Assembly (NCBI GenBank): GCA_951406725.2 | Contig: OX597815.1 | Location: 84,382,001 to 84,446,000 of the forward strand | Direction of reading: 5' to 3' | DNA length: 64,000 nucleotides | DNA from: Octopus vulgaris | Taxonomy: Eukaryota | In this document: positions 51,942 through 64,000 of the stretch, piece by piece | How the letters are laid out: the number at the start of each line of letters is the position of its first letter | Position numbering within the stretch: position 1 is the stretch's first letter | The notes under the pieces: model-generated | The model's database searches: none | The model's input: the letters and a program-made list of their open reading frames with translations, nothing else | Told to the model about the DNA's origin: nothing | Made by a program: the position numbers and the translations under genes

Positions 51942-52624
51942 CTATAATACAATGTTATTCAATACGTCGTACCCTTTAAAGATGTATATGTGTGTTTTTG
52001 AAAGAGATTTGTCGGTTAACTGTAGCAATTCCAACAATCGTTATTATCATATAAGGTAATTGAATGGAGGATCTGTACAGCGCCGGGCTAAATAATTTAC
52101 GTTACCTGGTTGAGGCCATCTTTTCAAACATCTCAGGACACTTGGGGTGGGGTTCTAAATTCGCTCTTGTTTTGGGGAAAGATATTCGTTTCCCTCTTGT
52201 TTTAGGTTATTTCTAATCATTCTTTATCTTTTAACTTCTTCCCTCTCTTTCTATATTTTTCTTATCCTCTATTTCTCGCCTCCCTCTCCCTCCCTCCCTC
52301 CCTCAGTTTCAATATATCCTCCTTTACTTACTTTCTCATATATCCCCACTGTTTCGTTATACTTACATTTCGTTTGTTTTAATTATGATATAAAATAGTT
52401 TCTGAATATTTTATTCCACAACTAAAAGATAGCATATCGGGTGTAATGAACCAATATTGAGCAAGGAATATCAGACAGTGGTGCGTTGGGGCCACCGGGT
52501 AAAGCAATCAGAATGTGACTAGATTTATATTTCACTAAGTGTTTCGAACATTTTTCCATTACACCTTACGCCGTCTATCACTATCACCATCCGCTCTTTT
52601 CCACGTATCGGAGCAGACTGAAAA

Positions 52625-52631
52625 AATAATG

Positions 52632-52671
<40 letters not shown>

Positions 52672-52714
52672 TAATAATAATAAAAATAATAATAATAAAA
52701 ATAATAATAATAAC

Positions 52715-52749
<35 letters not shown>

Positions 52750-52780
52750 CAACATTCATAATAATAATAATAATAATAAC
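52625..52780. repeat. (TAA)n microsatellite
   Basis: Direct reading. Confidence 0.97.
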
Positions 52781-53519
52781 TTAACAAGGCGAAGATAAAG
52801 GTGGGGCCATTACAGCGTACTTTGAATCATGCAGTTTTCTGATTTAATAGAAATGGAAAACAAGAAAAAAAAACTTTTCAAACCTTGCATTATATAATGA
52901 ATCATCAAACTGTTACAACTTGAATAAAAGTTTTTTTCTTTTTTCAGTTTTGTAAATGTATTTGCTTGTTTTTTATTTATTTCCACTTTTACTTTCTGTC
53001 ATTTGTTTCGATAGTATTCTAGTTTTATTTTCCTGTTTATGTGTTAGTGGTTTAGCTTGTTTTGTTTATTATTTATCTTTCCCTCCACTAATTGTTTGTT
53101 TTCCGTGTTTGTTTTGTTCGTGGTGTGCTGTGTTGCGTTTGTTATTTTGCAATATTTACAGTAGTTATATTTTCTTTTGTGCTGTTTTGCCCTATAAGAT
53201 TATATGTAATATATGTCTGAGCATATATATATGTGTGTGTGTGTGTGCGGTGTTTGTGTGTGTCTGTGCGTGTGTAGGCGCGTTTGCATGTATGAGTTTG
53301 TCTATTAGTGTCTGCATATATGTGTGTGTGTTTATGTATGTATCTATATATGTATGTATATGCATATATGCAAACAAAAGAGAGTGAGGACAGGGTGAAA
53401 AACAGACTGAAGTAAAGGACGGAAACACTGACACACTCGCACACACAAAATGCACATGTATACAAATTTATTCATACATCCACACATATAATGCACATAC
53501 ACACAGACTCACATATCCA

Positions 53520-53581
<62 letters not shown>

Positions 53582-54907
53582 CTGAGATATGGAATAAGAG
53601 ATCGAAAATATATATGAATATATACATATATATATATATATACATATTAATATTATTATATCTTTACATATATGTATATATATGTATATATATATATGTG
53701 TGTGTGTGTGTGTATGCCTGCGAGAGAGAGAGTATGAAATCGAAAATGTATATAAAAATGTGTGTGTTTATATACATATATATCTAAATCTATGCATATA
53801 CATATACGTATATACATATTTGAATTGCGTGTGTGTGTTTGTGTGTGTGTGTGCGTGTGTGTGTGTGCATGTATATGTATATATTTGTCCATATATATTA
53901 TGAACGTATATATTTACTGCATGCGTTTTATATATATATATATTTCATAAATGTTGTTCTATAGTGTAGTTTGTGCCTGTACAACATGTCTGATCTGTGT
54001 TGCGTATTGCTTCTCGTGCATTGTTTACAGTCGTTTGTAAAATATTCAATATGTTGGGTTTTTTGTGAATATTTAAAACAAACTTTCGGACTGTAACAAA
54101 TTGCAAGTTCACGCGTAGGTCTATGAAATATTGAATGTAAAACAATAGGAAAAACAGCAATAACAATTATTTCATCATAATTTTCATAATCATTGTCATC
54201 ATTAAAAATAACTATTTTGTAATTATATTCTACGATTTAAACATCAACATTTTTGACTCCATGTAAGCAACAAACAATAATAACACAGAAATTGGATATC
54301 ACTTCCATTTATTTGTTTAGTTAGTTAGATAGATAGATAGATAGATAGATAGATACATACATACATACATACATACATACATACATACATAGATACATAC
54401 ATACATACATACATACATACATGTATTAATGTATGTATATGTGTATGTGTGTGTTCGTGCCTCTGTGTGTGCATCTGCTTGCGTGTGTATATATATATTG
54501 TGAAGGATATTGATCATTTTATGAACGTTATTAGCTTACGTTTGTTTCCCCTATATGATACCCATGGACTCATCGTTCACTGCTTGAGTTTCATAAGAGC
54601 CTCAAACCTGAAATGCTATACATTTGGGAAAACAAGTAAATTTAAGCATATTTATAGGAAAGTATTATCAACGAGAAATCTGGTGGGGTATGAAAATCAG
54701 GGGCTCAAACCACAATTTAAATCGTATTAATTCTAAGATATGTATAAAGACAACACGTTTTGCACCCAAAAACTAAGGCCATCACCTTCCCTGTCGATAT
54801 AACTACCTTGGCATGTTTTGGAATATGTGAAGAGAAGAATTTCCGGTGCATGGATTCTTTCTCTCTTTCTCTCTCTCACTCTCTCTTTCTCTTTCTCTCT
54901 CTCTATC

Positions 54908-54938
<31 letters not shown>

Positions 54939-54939
54939 C

Positions 54940-55506
54940 CCTCTGGCTCAGAATTTGCGAGATGCGATCAACCTGGAGCGCTTTTGGTCAGGTGTCAGAA
55001 GACGTGGCACGCACTGAGCAGAAATGTTCGTCATGCAGATTTCATTGGGCAGAATATTCACAATTATCTCGCGAGATTTGTCAGTAGCGTTGGTCATTTG
55101 ATTTATAGTAAATCGCCTGTCATCCACCAACATGTGACATACACTATCAATATTCCCCTCGGTGGTGGCAGTTGCAGGACGTATAGATGTTGGATCATCT
55201 TGAAGACTCTCCTAAATTCAGCAGCCCACATTTGCGCTATTGATAAAGATAGAACGTCAGCCCCTAATGCAGAAATCTTGTCATCATGAATGTCCTTAAG
55301 GGCTAAATCCCTTTTCAGCACGTGCCAAATTTTGTCCATTGTCAACAGAGGTCACCGCTAGTTACTTGTGAGAAATCGGATGTCAGTTTACTTAGGAAGA
55401 AACAATGAGTTTTTTAAGAAGATTTCACAGCTTTTTAAGAAGATTTCACAGCTTTCGCATCATTCCTTCATAGTTACCCTATGAATTTTTCTACCCACTC
55501 TCGCGT
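54940..55506 (-). mobile_element. Mariner 5' fragment, transposase pseudogene
   Basis: KDIHDD..ALG, WAAEFRR, DRRFTI, SAQCVPRLLTPDQKRSRL; TIR-like end near 55500. Confidence 0.82.
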
Positions 55507-55591
55507 GTATATATATAAGTACATACATACACACACTGCTTGTGCTACGTCTTCACGTTTGTTTTTTCTCTTTTTCTTCTTTTTTTCTCTG

Positions 55592-55629
<38 letters not shown>

Positions 55630-55994
55630 ATATTTTTAATTCTCAAACGTCTGATAATACTATTAAAATAGCGTGAACGGGATAAATTATCCATACATTG
55701 CAGAAAAATACTTCACCGGTCAGCCATGAGACTTTATTTCTGTATCTTTCAATGCATCTCAACGCTTCTAAAAACAAACGTTGCTCTCATCATATATATA
55801 TATATACATATATATATCATTCACAATGACTTCAAAACGGTGAAATAGTCTTCGAGTCGGCATATTATGATGTCCCCATCATTATATATATATACATGTA
55901 CATATATATGAGTATATGTGTGTGTGTGTTTGTTTGTTTGTTTGTCTGTCTGTCCGTCTGTGTGCGTGTATGCGCGAGTTTGCATGCGCGCCTT

Positions 55995-56190
55995 TGTGTT
56001 TGTCTCCTATCGCTTAACAACAAGTGGTGGCTTGTTTACTTGCCAATCAACTAGCACTTCGGCAAACAGCGAGTGATAGAATAAGTACCAGATTTTAAAA
56101 GGCAAAATACGAAGTTCGATTTGATCAACTGAACCTTTCGTGTCGTGTTTCAACATGGCTGCAATCCCAGGAACAGCAGAATTAAAAGAA
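55995..56190 (+). mobile_element. Degraded 3' half of the CORE-like SINE
   Basis: ttcggcaaa...gatagaataagtacc...caacatggctgca. Confidence 0.6.
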
Positions 56191-56708
56191 TATCGTAAAG
56201 CGTTTGTCTTCTGTAGAATATTTAAATTATTGCTGTCCGTCTATCAAACGAACAGTATTAATAATATCAATAAATCTGTTGAATGTCGGACCACGATAAT
56301 GTATCTCGCTACTTTTTGCCATAACTCCTATTATTTTTTAGCTCAAATCTCCCTAAGTTTATCATTCTCGTTCAAACTATCCGGGTCTATGAATAAATAC
56401 TTGTCCAGTTCAGGGTCACAACAATTTTTTGTATTACCTTCCCCCAAACAGGTTTATTGTTAACGTTATTAGTTATGTCTGGTTTAGAGGTAGATCTATT
56501 TGCATAATTCCTTGAAACATATGAGATGCATGGAGTTTTAATATGGCAACCAATAAAGAATATTACTAATAATGTTTTCTATTTTTAGCACAAGTACAGG
56601 ACGTGTCTCTAAACTTGTTTCGCTTTATTCTGATCTCATCCTTAAAGTATAGTGTTTGGCATTGGTGTTACCTCTTACATAAAGCTTTATATATATATAT
56701 ATATATAT

Positions 56709-57426
56709 ATATTATATTAAATTAGAGATAAAACCACTACTAGGCAAATCAAACAGTGAAAATCATAAGCCAATACATAGAAATAAAATTTTAAAATATA
56801 TAAAAAATATAAAATATAAAATATAAAAATCCAATTAAAATATTTAAATTAAAGTTAAAATTTTAAAAAATTATTAAAATTAATAATTTTAACTTATAAA
56901 TATATATATATATATTTATTATTATTTTATTTAATTATTTTTTTTCATTATTATTATTTATATTTTTTATTTATTTATTTACCCTTTATCTTATTAAACT
57001 TTTAATACTTTTTGATAGTTTATGAAAAATAAATAAATAAATAAATAAATAAATAAATATAAAAATATAAAAATACAAAAAATATAATAAAAAACATTTT
57101 AATATAAAAAAATATAAAAATATAAAAATATAAAAATAAAAAATAAATAAATAAACAAATATAAATAATAATAAAAAAAAATAATAAATAATTAAATAAA
57201 ATAATAAAAATATATATATATTTATAATTTATAAGTTTAAATTATTAATTTAAATGATTTTTTTAAATTTTAACTTTAATTTAAATATTTTAATTGGATT
57301 TTTACATTTTATATTTTATATTTTATATTTTTTATATATTTTTAAATTTTATTTCTATGTATTGGCTTATGATTTTCCCTGTTTGATTTGCCTAGTAATG
57401 GTTTTATCTCTAATTTAATATAATAT
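56709..57426. repeat. Very AT-rich inverted repeat (about 270 bp arms) between (TA)n tracts
   Basis: attaaattagagataaaacca.tactaggcaaatcaaacag.gaaaatcataagccaatacatagaaat at 56717 is mirrored at 57350-57418; right arm extends about 80 bp further. Confidence 0.92.
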
Positions 57427-57506
57427 ATATTTATACTATAAAATTAGATTTAATCCTACCTCTAATTTTTCCCTGTAAGTTTGGATTTACTCCCTAATAT
57501 TATTAT

Positions 57507-57552
<46 letters not shown>

Positions 57553-57613
57553 GAAATATATACATATATATATGCATATATACAGCTGTGTGTGTGTGTG
57601 TGTACGTCTATAT

Positions 57614-58139
57614 ATAACAGTGCGCGACCTTCTTCAGTATGAGTTACTGGGCAAAAGTTCCAAATCCGCCACGTTAAAAGTTCATCAGCGTTCTGGGTTA
57701 TTTTGTGTCAAACAAACAAAAGAAAAATCAGTACGCGTGGCGCAAAATATTTATGAGCAAAAACTTTCGAATGTAAACATTGGTTGAATTGGGATTTTAG
57801 CTCTCAGTTCTAAATAGATTGATGCTTATTGCATCATAACGCTTCGTACTAATTTTATATTTTATACATATATAACGCTATTAAACCTGTGAACCGCCTA
57901 TGTTACTGCTGTTAATATTATCAATTAGAAATATTCACCATAAATTGTATTAAGAGTGGTAACATCTTATTTCGAATGTAGACATTCGAATGGCTTTCCT
58001 TATAAATATTTTGCACCACTCGTACTGTTTTTTGGGGGGTTTTTTGCACAAAATAAGCCACAACTCTGATGGATTTATAACGTGGCACATTTGGAATTTT
58101 TGCCCAGTAACTCATACTTGAAAAGGTTGCGTACTGTTA
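57614..58139. mobile_element. MITE/foldback element with about 170 bp diverged TIRs
   Basis: taacagt.cgc.acctt...agtatgagttactgggcaaaa.ttccaaat..gccacgtta at both ends in inverted orientation. Confidence 0.85.
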
Positions 58140-58236
58140 CTTTCTAATATTTTGGTGCCTTCCGGCGGTTGAATTCGTACTTTAACTCGCATTTCTAAGT
58201 AAGTTGATGTTTGTTGTATCCTAACGCTTCGTCTTA

Positions 58237-58282
<46 letters not shown>

Positions 58283-58344
58283 TAAAATGTTATAATATTA
58301 TAGAATATTATAATATTATAGAATATAATATCCCACTTCTGATA

Positions 58345-58420
58345 AATAACCAATGGTGGTGCCCCAGCATGGCCACAGCTCGTGGGCTGAAACTAGAAAA
58401 AAATGAAAAAAAAGAAAATA
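58345..58420 (+). mobile_element. Isolated CR1-like LINE/SINE 3' tail
   Basis: ggtggtgccccagcatggccacagc...gctgaaac followed by an A-rich tail. Confidence 0.6.
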
Positions 58421-58428
58421 TAATATAG

Positions 58429-58518
<90 letters not shown>

Positions 58519-58688
58519 GTAAAGTATAGAAGCCATCTTAACATGGCTAACCACATAGGGGAGGGGGTGTTACTGTAGCTTTATAGCACCAGGAGATCGT
58601 CGTCTCCAGCTGGCTTTAGATACCATTTCAGTGCCCTTGAAGTATTTGCAAAGGGAGGCCACCCCATTCCCTTCAAGCCTGAGTGATA

Positions 58689-58731
58689 CGCTCGGACTAG
58701 TTTCGGGATTTTTGTCCCTTGTCAACGGGCG
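58689..58731 (-). ncRNA. Minimal hammerhead, U3-A8 variant, copy 1
   Basis: cgcccg TTGACAA GGGA caaaaa TCCC GAAA CTAG TC cgagcg; palindromic ACUAGU, GUC site. Confidence 0.8.
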
Positions 58732-59045
58732 GTAACCACCAGGTCGCGATGAAAGAGAAGGCCGCTTTGCAAATATATAAGAGTTTTTCTAGTGACGTCT
58801 GCCACTGATTTCGAAAAACTGACAGTAAGCATTGTTAAATCTCAGAATGAGATTGAAACAGTAATCGCTCGATAATGTAAAATATAGAAGCCATCTTAAC
58901 ATGGCTAACCACATAGGGGAGGGGGTGTTACTGTAGCTTTATAGCCACAGGAGATCGTCGTCTCCAGCTGGCTTTAGACACCATTTCAGTGCCCTTGAAG
59001 TATTTGCAAAGGGAGGCCATCCCTTCCTCGCAAGCCTGAGAGATA

Positions 59046-59088
59046 CGCTCGGACTAGTTTCGGGATTTTTGTCCCTTGTCAACGGGCG
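59046..59088 (-). ncRNA. Minimal hammerhead, U3-A8 variant, copy 2
   Basis: Same sequence as 58689-58731. Confidence 0.8.
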
Positions 59089-59425
59089 GTAACCACCAGG
59101 TCGCGATGAAAGAGAAGGCCGCCTTGCAAATATATAAGAGAAAGGGCTGCTAAGCCTAAACGAGGTTTTGGTGGTGAACGTGTAAATCAAGCTTGGACAG
59201 GAGACAGACAAGAACACGTCTTCTTTGTTCCAGCTACAACGAAGAGAAACAAAGAAACACAAGTTAGGAGAAGAAAGGAAGTTGGCCGATGGTCACGTGA
59301 GAGCCACGTGAGCAAGGCATGAAGAGTGAGGGAGAGAGAGTGACAGAGTAATAGAATAGAATATTTTTGTTGTACACGTTTTATGACGTCTTGTGCCCGC
59401 GTATGTACATATACGTGTGTATATA

Positions 59426-59485
<60 letters not shown>

Positions 59486-59568
59486 ATTTATATTATTATA
59501 TGATTGAACGCCACGCATCCTCTTCCAAGTAAGTTTTATCTGATATATATATATATATATATAAGGAA

Positions 59569-59915
59569 TGGAGGCGCAATGGCCCAGTGGTTAGGGTAGT
59601 GGACTCAAGGTCGTAGGATCGCGGTTTCGATTCCCAGACCGAGTATTGTGAGTGCTTATTGAGCGAAAACCCCTAAACCTCCACGAGGACCCGGCAGTGA
59701 GTGGTAGCTGTACTCTTTCACCACAACTTTCACTATTTCTTCCTGCTTCTGTTGTACCCGTATTTCAAAAGGCCAGCCATATCATGCCGAATCTCCCCAG
59801 AGAAGGGTACACGTGTCTGTAGAATGCTCACCCAGTTGCACATTAATTTCACGATCAGGCTGTGCTGTTGATCGGATCTACTGGAACCCTCGTCGTCGTA
59901 ACCGACGGAGTGCCA
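59569..59915 (+). mobile_element. tRNA-headed SINE, paralogue of 32316-32703
   Basis: tggaggcgcaatggcccagtggttaggg...ggtttcgattcccagacc...cgtcgtcgtaaccgacggagtgcc. Confidence 0.9.
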
Positions 59916-61185
59916 CTATACTAACATAAAGAAATGGATATTGAAATACTAAAATAAAGGCAGACGGAAAAGCAATGTATGGATATATAGTGTATATTCG
60001 AGTGGGAATGATACAGACAACTAGTAAAAAGGAAAGAGAGATGGTATGATTAAGTAAATAATGGTGGAGCTTCAGTGAGGAATCTGGAAGGGTTAAAGTT
60101 GCAAATATAGCAAGACAGAGATGGAAGAAGAGTGATTAAGTCAGCAGCAGAATGAAAGGTTAGTGTTGAGAAATAAAGAAATAAAACGGACCGTCATATC
60201 ATAGACACAAACGAAAAGCTAAAGTGAGAGTGAAACAGTAAGAGGGTTTGAAGCGTGTGAAGAGTGTAAAATAGATTTTGTGACACGCAAGTAGACAGGT
60301 TCGGTAATAAACACAAAGTGAGACAGAGAGAGACTGTGTGTGTGATAGAGATAGGAGCAGAAAGTGAGAGAGAGCGAGAAAAGAAAATCACAAACAACTT
60401 ATGTTAGAAGTCTACCTTGAGGCCAAATGTTATTATTACATGTCACTGATTGTCTCCCGAAATATCCACCATATCATGTTTCATTCGAATCGACACGTGA
60501 AGGTAAATGGAATTCTTCACAAAACCCAATTTCTCTTTACCCCTTCCCACTGCCACCACAACTATTAACACAACCACTAACGTCGCTGATGCCGTCCCCA
60601 ACACCAAATAGAAACCAACGATAACAGCTTCAATAAGAATAACAGTAACAAAAAACAACTGTAATAACAACAACTATATCGGCAAAAGCAATAACAACAT
60701 CATCATTGTCAACAACATAAATTTCAAGATGACTTGCGTTATCATTCTCCTCTCACTTATTTTCCTGCCAAGCAAATAAGATTTTATGGTGTCGCTTGAC
60801 TTGCTCGAAATATCAAAGAACCTAAAAGGAAGTAAAAAATAGATCGTTTTGAGAAAAGGTGTGGCATCATGTGTGATGCTCTATATTTCAGCATATGAGA
60901 TATTCTATGCTAATTCTTATCCCCCTTCAGCGCAGAATCCGAATTCATGCATATGGATGCCACCAAGCTATTGGCCCAATCCAATCGACACTTCGCTTCA
61001 CAACACATCGCCAAAGGTCAATCGCCAAAGGTCTCTATTTACCAGTAAGAGGAAACAGTTTGTAACAGATGGAATTTGAACTTGCAATCCGAAGGTAGGA
61101 ACAGACAAAACAAGACATATTGTCAGTCGCGCTAACAATATGCCGTATCTATCTGCTTGGATTAATAATATTCTTATCGGTACTA

Positions 61186-61594
61186 AGGAAGCGAGCTGGC
61201 AGAAACGTTAGCACACCGGACGAAATTCTTAGCGGTATTTCGTCTGTCTTTACATTCTCAGTTCAAATTCTGCCGAAGTCGACATTGCCTTTCATCCTTT
61301 CGGGATCGATAAATTAAGTACCAGTTGCGTACTGGGGTCAATCTAATTGACTGGCCCCCTTCCCAAAAATTTCGGCCCTTGTGCCAAGAGTAGAAAAGAA
61401 ATGTTAGCGCACCGGGAGAAATGCCAAACGATATTTCGACTGTCTTTACGTTCTGAGTTCAAATTCCGCCGAGGTCGACTTTGCCTTTCATCGTTTCGGG
61501 AGTCGATAAATTAAGTATCAGTTGCGTACTGATGTTGATCTAATCGACTGGCCTCTCCCCAAGCATTTCGGGCCTTGTGCCTAGAGTAGAAAAG
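61186..61594 (+). mobile_element. Head-to-tail Nin-domain-like SINE dimer with a 19-bp TSD
   Basis: Monomers 61190-61400 and 61401-61594; aatattcttatcggtacta at 61167-85 and 61595-613. Confidence 0.92.
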
Positions 61595-61804
61595 AATATT
61601 CTTATCGGTACTAGACGAACGAAAAGTAAATATCGGTCCAGAAGGAAATACTGCAAGATATCGTATCTTTATTACCATGTATACTTAAATATGTGTGTAT
61701 TTGTATTTATGCGTGTATGTATATGTATACATGTATACATGCATAGATGTGTGTGTGACTCTATGTGTGTCTGTGTGTGCGTGTATGTGTACTGTGTCTG
61801 ATAT

Positions 61805-62495
61805 AGAAATTGATATGAGCAACAATACCTCCTTTCAAATATATATCACCAAGTTGGTAGCAGCGTGTAGGCGTATGGCTTGATGGATTCTGAGAGCCTT
61901 CAAAACAAGGGACCAGGAAACTATGCTGGTTCCATGGAGGACATTTTTACCAGGATTACTACTCTCAACTGTGGTCATTCCACAGTGTCAAGTTGATAGC
62001 AAAACTTGAGGCAGTTCAATAGTGATACACCAGGAAGATTTATCAGTGGAGCAGCTGAGCTACTGAGAGAGACTAAAAGAGTTACGAATCTACTCCCTAG
62101 AGCGAAGACTGGATGAATATGCAGTAATATATGTATGGAAGATCCTAGAGGGACTGGTACCAAACTTTATCGAGAGCTATACCAGCTCCTGAACTGGACG
62201 TCACAGCACTGTCCGAAAGGCCCCAACTATCTCATCTAGAGTGAGGACCTTATATGAAGGATCTTCATGGATTAGCCGTAAACGTTTTCAAGAAACAACT
62301 TGATCTCCCGTTATCCAAGGTTCCAGATGAACCAATATCAAGACAGAAGATTCAAATGAGGGCAGCGGTATCGCACTCCTTCCTTCACAAGAAGCCAATC
62401 ACATAAATTTGGCCATTGAAAAGGTCGTTACCCTGGTGGTGTTCCCTCATGACCACAGACTTAGGGCTAAAACATGTAAAAGAATAAAGGAAAGA
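61805..62495 (+). mobile_element. CR1-like LINE 3' fragment
   Basis: ACRRMA*WILRAFKTRD, DYYSQLWS, KLEAVQ, SY*ERLKEL, YSLERR, VWKILEGLVPN; 3' tail ggtggtg...catgaccacag...aaacatgtaaaagaa. Confidence 0.82.
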
Positions 62496-62609
62496 ATATA
62501 CGTGTGTGTATAAAAACACATGTATATGTATGTGTGTGTGTGTGTAACGGTATACTTTATGTAAATATATAATATATGGAAATATATAAGTAGAAAAGCA
62601 CTCAATCAG

Positions 62610-63160
62610 CTAAAAGCGTAAAGATAATCTTAAATTAAAAACCATAAATTTTGCATTTATAGCTACCCAGGTTTTCCTGGTAGAAATAATAATTTATTTC
62701 GCCGAAGTAAAACTGATTGTCAGTTGTCTTTTGAGCAGATAACGTTTAACAGACACAATAAAAGTTACATTTTCTTGTGCTAATATTAAGCAATGGACAA
62801 TTCTGGGACAAGAGTGCGACAATGGTTGTACAAATATAAAACGTGATATCGGAGCCGGGGAAGGAAAATTTAAATCTAGATATAATAACAATCTTCCGAA
62901 TTATAGGTACCATCATAAGAGACATTCAACAACCCTTAACTTTAATCTGGAATCTTAAAGACGAAGGAACCAATTTCGAAATCATGTTGAAAATTCTTTC
63001 TAAATCCAGATCCTATATTAACGGATCTAAAAAAATATTCAGTGTATTCGCCTGTAAAAAATGAATCTATTAAAATAATTGAGAACTTCCAACGCATACA
63101 TAAATTCCTGGAACGCGATTTTCTTTCATATTCACGTTAAAAAAAAAATAGATCTTGCCG
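62610..63160 (-). pseudogene. Possible very degraded Tc1/mariner-superfamily transposase
   Basis: Faint FTGE (cf. FSDE), SVN..IW and LPGKP...LW..LK-like segments in the expected order. Confidence 0.25.
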
Positions 63161-64000
63161 GAATACATCTTGCGCGCGCACACACTAAACAGATATATAT
63201 ATACGTGTGTATGTATTTAAGTTTGTATATGTATATATGCAATTTATGCAATCTATCTGAATATACATGTAATAAGATGAGTATATGTGTCAGATATCTT
63301 AACTATACTGAGGACTAATATACTCGATTGAATCGAGACTATCGTCTCCGTAGTACTCCCGTATGAGATTTCACAGATATAGGAGGCTAACGACGAAGTC
63401 GGTGAATTCGAAACGTTAATCAAAAACTTTTATCTATTGTGTTGTAGTACAATCGACTGTTGGGCATATTCTCAAGTGTAGTATAACACCCCAATACTTA
63501 GAAGGCATGAGCGCTAGTAATGGAGCTCACAGTTTGATAAGTACTGTCTTCTGGTAAAATACAATACGCGCGCCCCTTCCTGCTTTATAATGATTTTATC
63601 ATCGTTTTACGTATATATATCTGTGTGTTCGTGTATGCTTATACGTGTGTATTTATGTGTGTATATGTAAGTACATATACATTTAAATTTTAATTTTTGG
63701 AAGTGTGGAAACAAGTCATTTTGCGAATACTTCGAAGGAATATAGTTTTAAATGCTAGATCATAATAAATTGGGTTGAACAAAATAATTTTTGGACAGAG
63801 AAAACGGTGAACACCATCTCGTTTGGCATAAATCGACATCCACCGTCTTCCAATGGATATCTTAATTATTATTTAAAACTGTATTGCCAATTGAAATATT
63901 TCACAACACAAGACACACATACACACACACACACATAAATGAGGTGAGAAAATAGAATAAAATTCTATTTGTTTATAGCTGTTTCATAATCTCGTTTGTC

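Larger units (their letters stand above)
58512..59360 (-). mobile_element. Non-coding tandem element with two hammerheads (retrozyme-like or deleted Penelope derivative)
   Basis: 58512-58783 is repeated at 58871-59140 with an 87-nt spacer; 3' end abuts (ATAG)n. Confidence 0.8.

Noticed and set aside
63370-63425. CTAACGA...ttcGAAACGTT hammerhead-like string
   Set aside because: Core G5 is altered and there is no stem I pairing

Overview
AT-rich, microsatellite-dense eukaryotic DNA with no host protein-coding exon I can support. Nearly all listed ORFs are translations of (TA)n, (CA)n, (TACA)n, (TTC)n or (CAT)n tracts, or of decayed transposons. The SINE families (Nin-domain-like, CORE-like and tRNA-headed) suggest a cephalopod, probably Octopus, intron or intergenic region (inference). 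Recognisable relics: two Penelope-like elements (RT + GIY-YIG), a scrambled CRE-clade element, R4/Dong-like, HERO-like, RTE and CR1-like LINE pieces, mariner and hAT transposase pseudogenes, non-autonomous Helitrons and MITE-like foldbacks. The main signal is about 9 minimal type I hammerhead ribozyme motifs, plus several degenerate ones, in at least 6 different sequence contexts. Most have a self-complementary stem III (ACGU, ACAUGU, ACCGGU, ACUAGU), and three carry the compensatory U3-A8 core pair. Two sit in tandem 357 nt apart (retrozyme-like), one lies downstream of a tRNA-like Pol III head, and related elements form large inverted repeats anchored in (TA)n tracts. All coordinates and pairings were read by eye; element boundaries are approximate.
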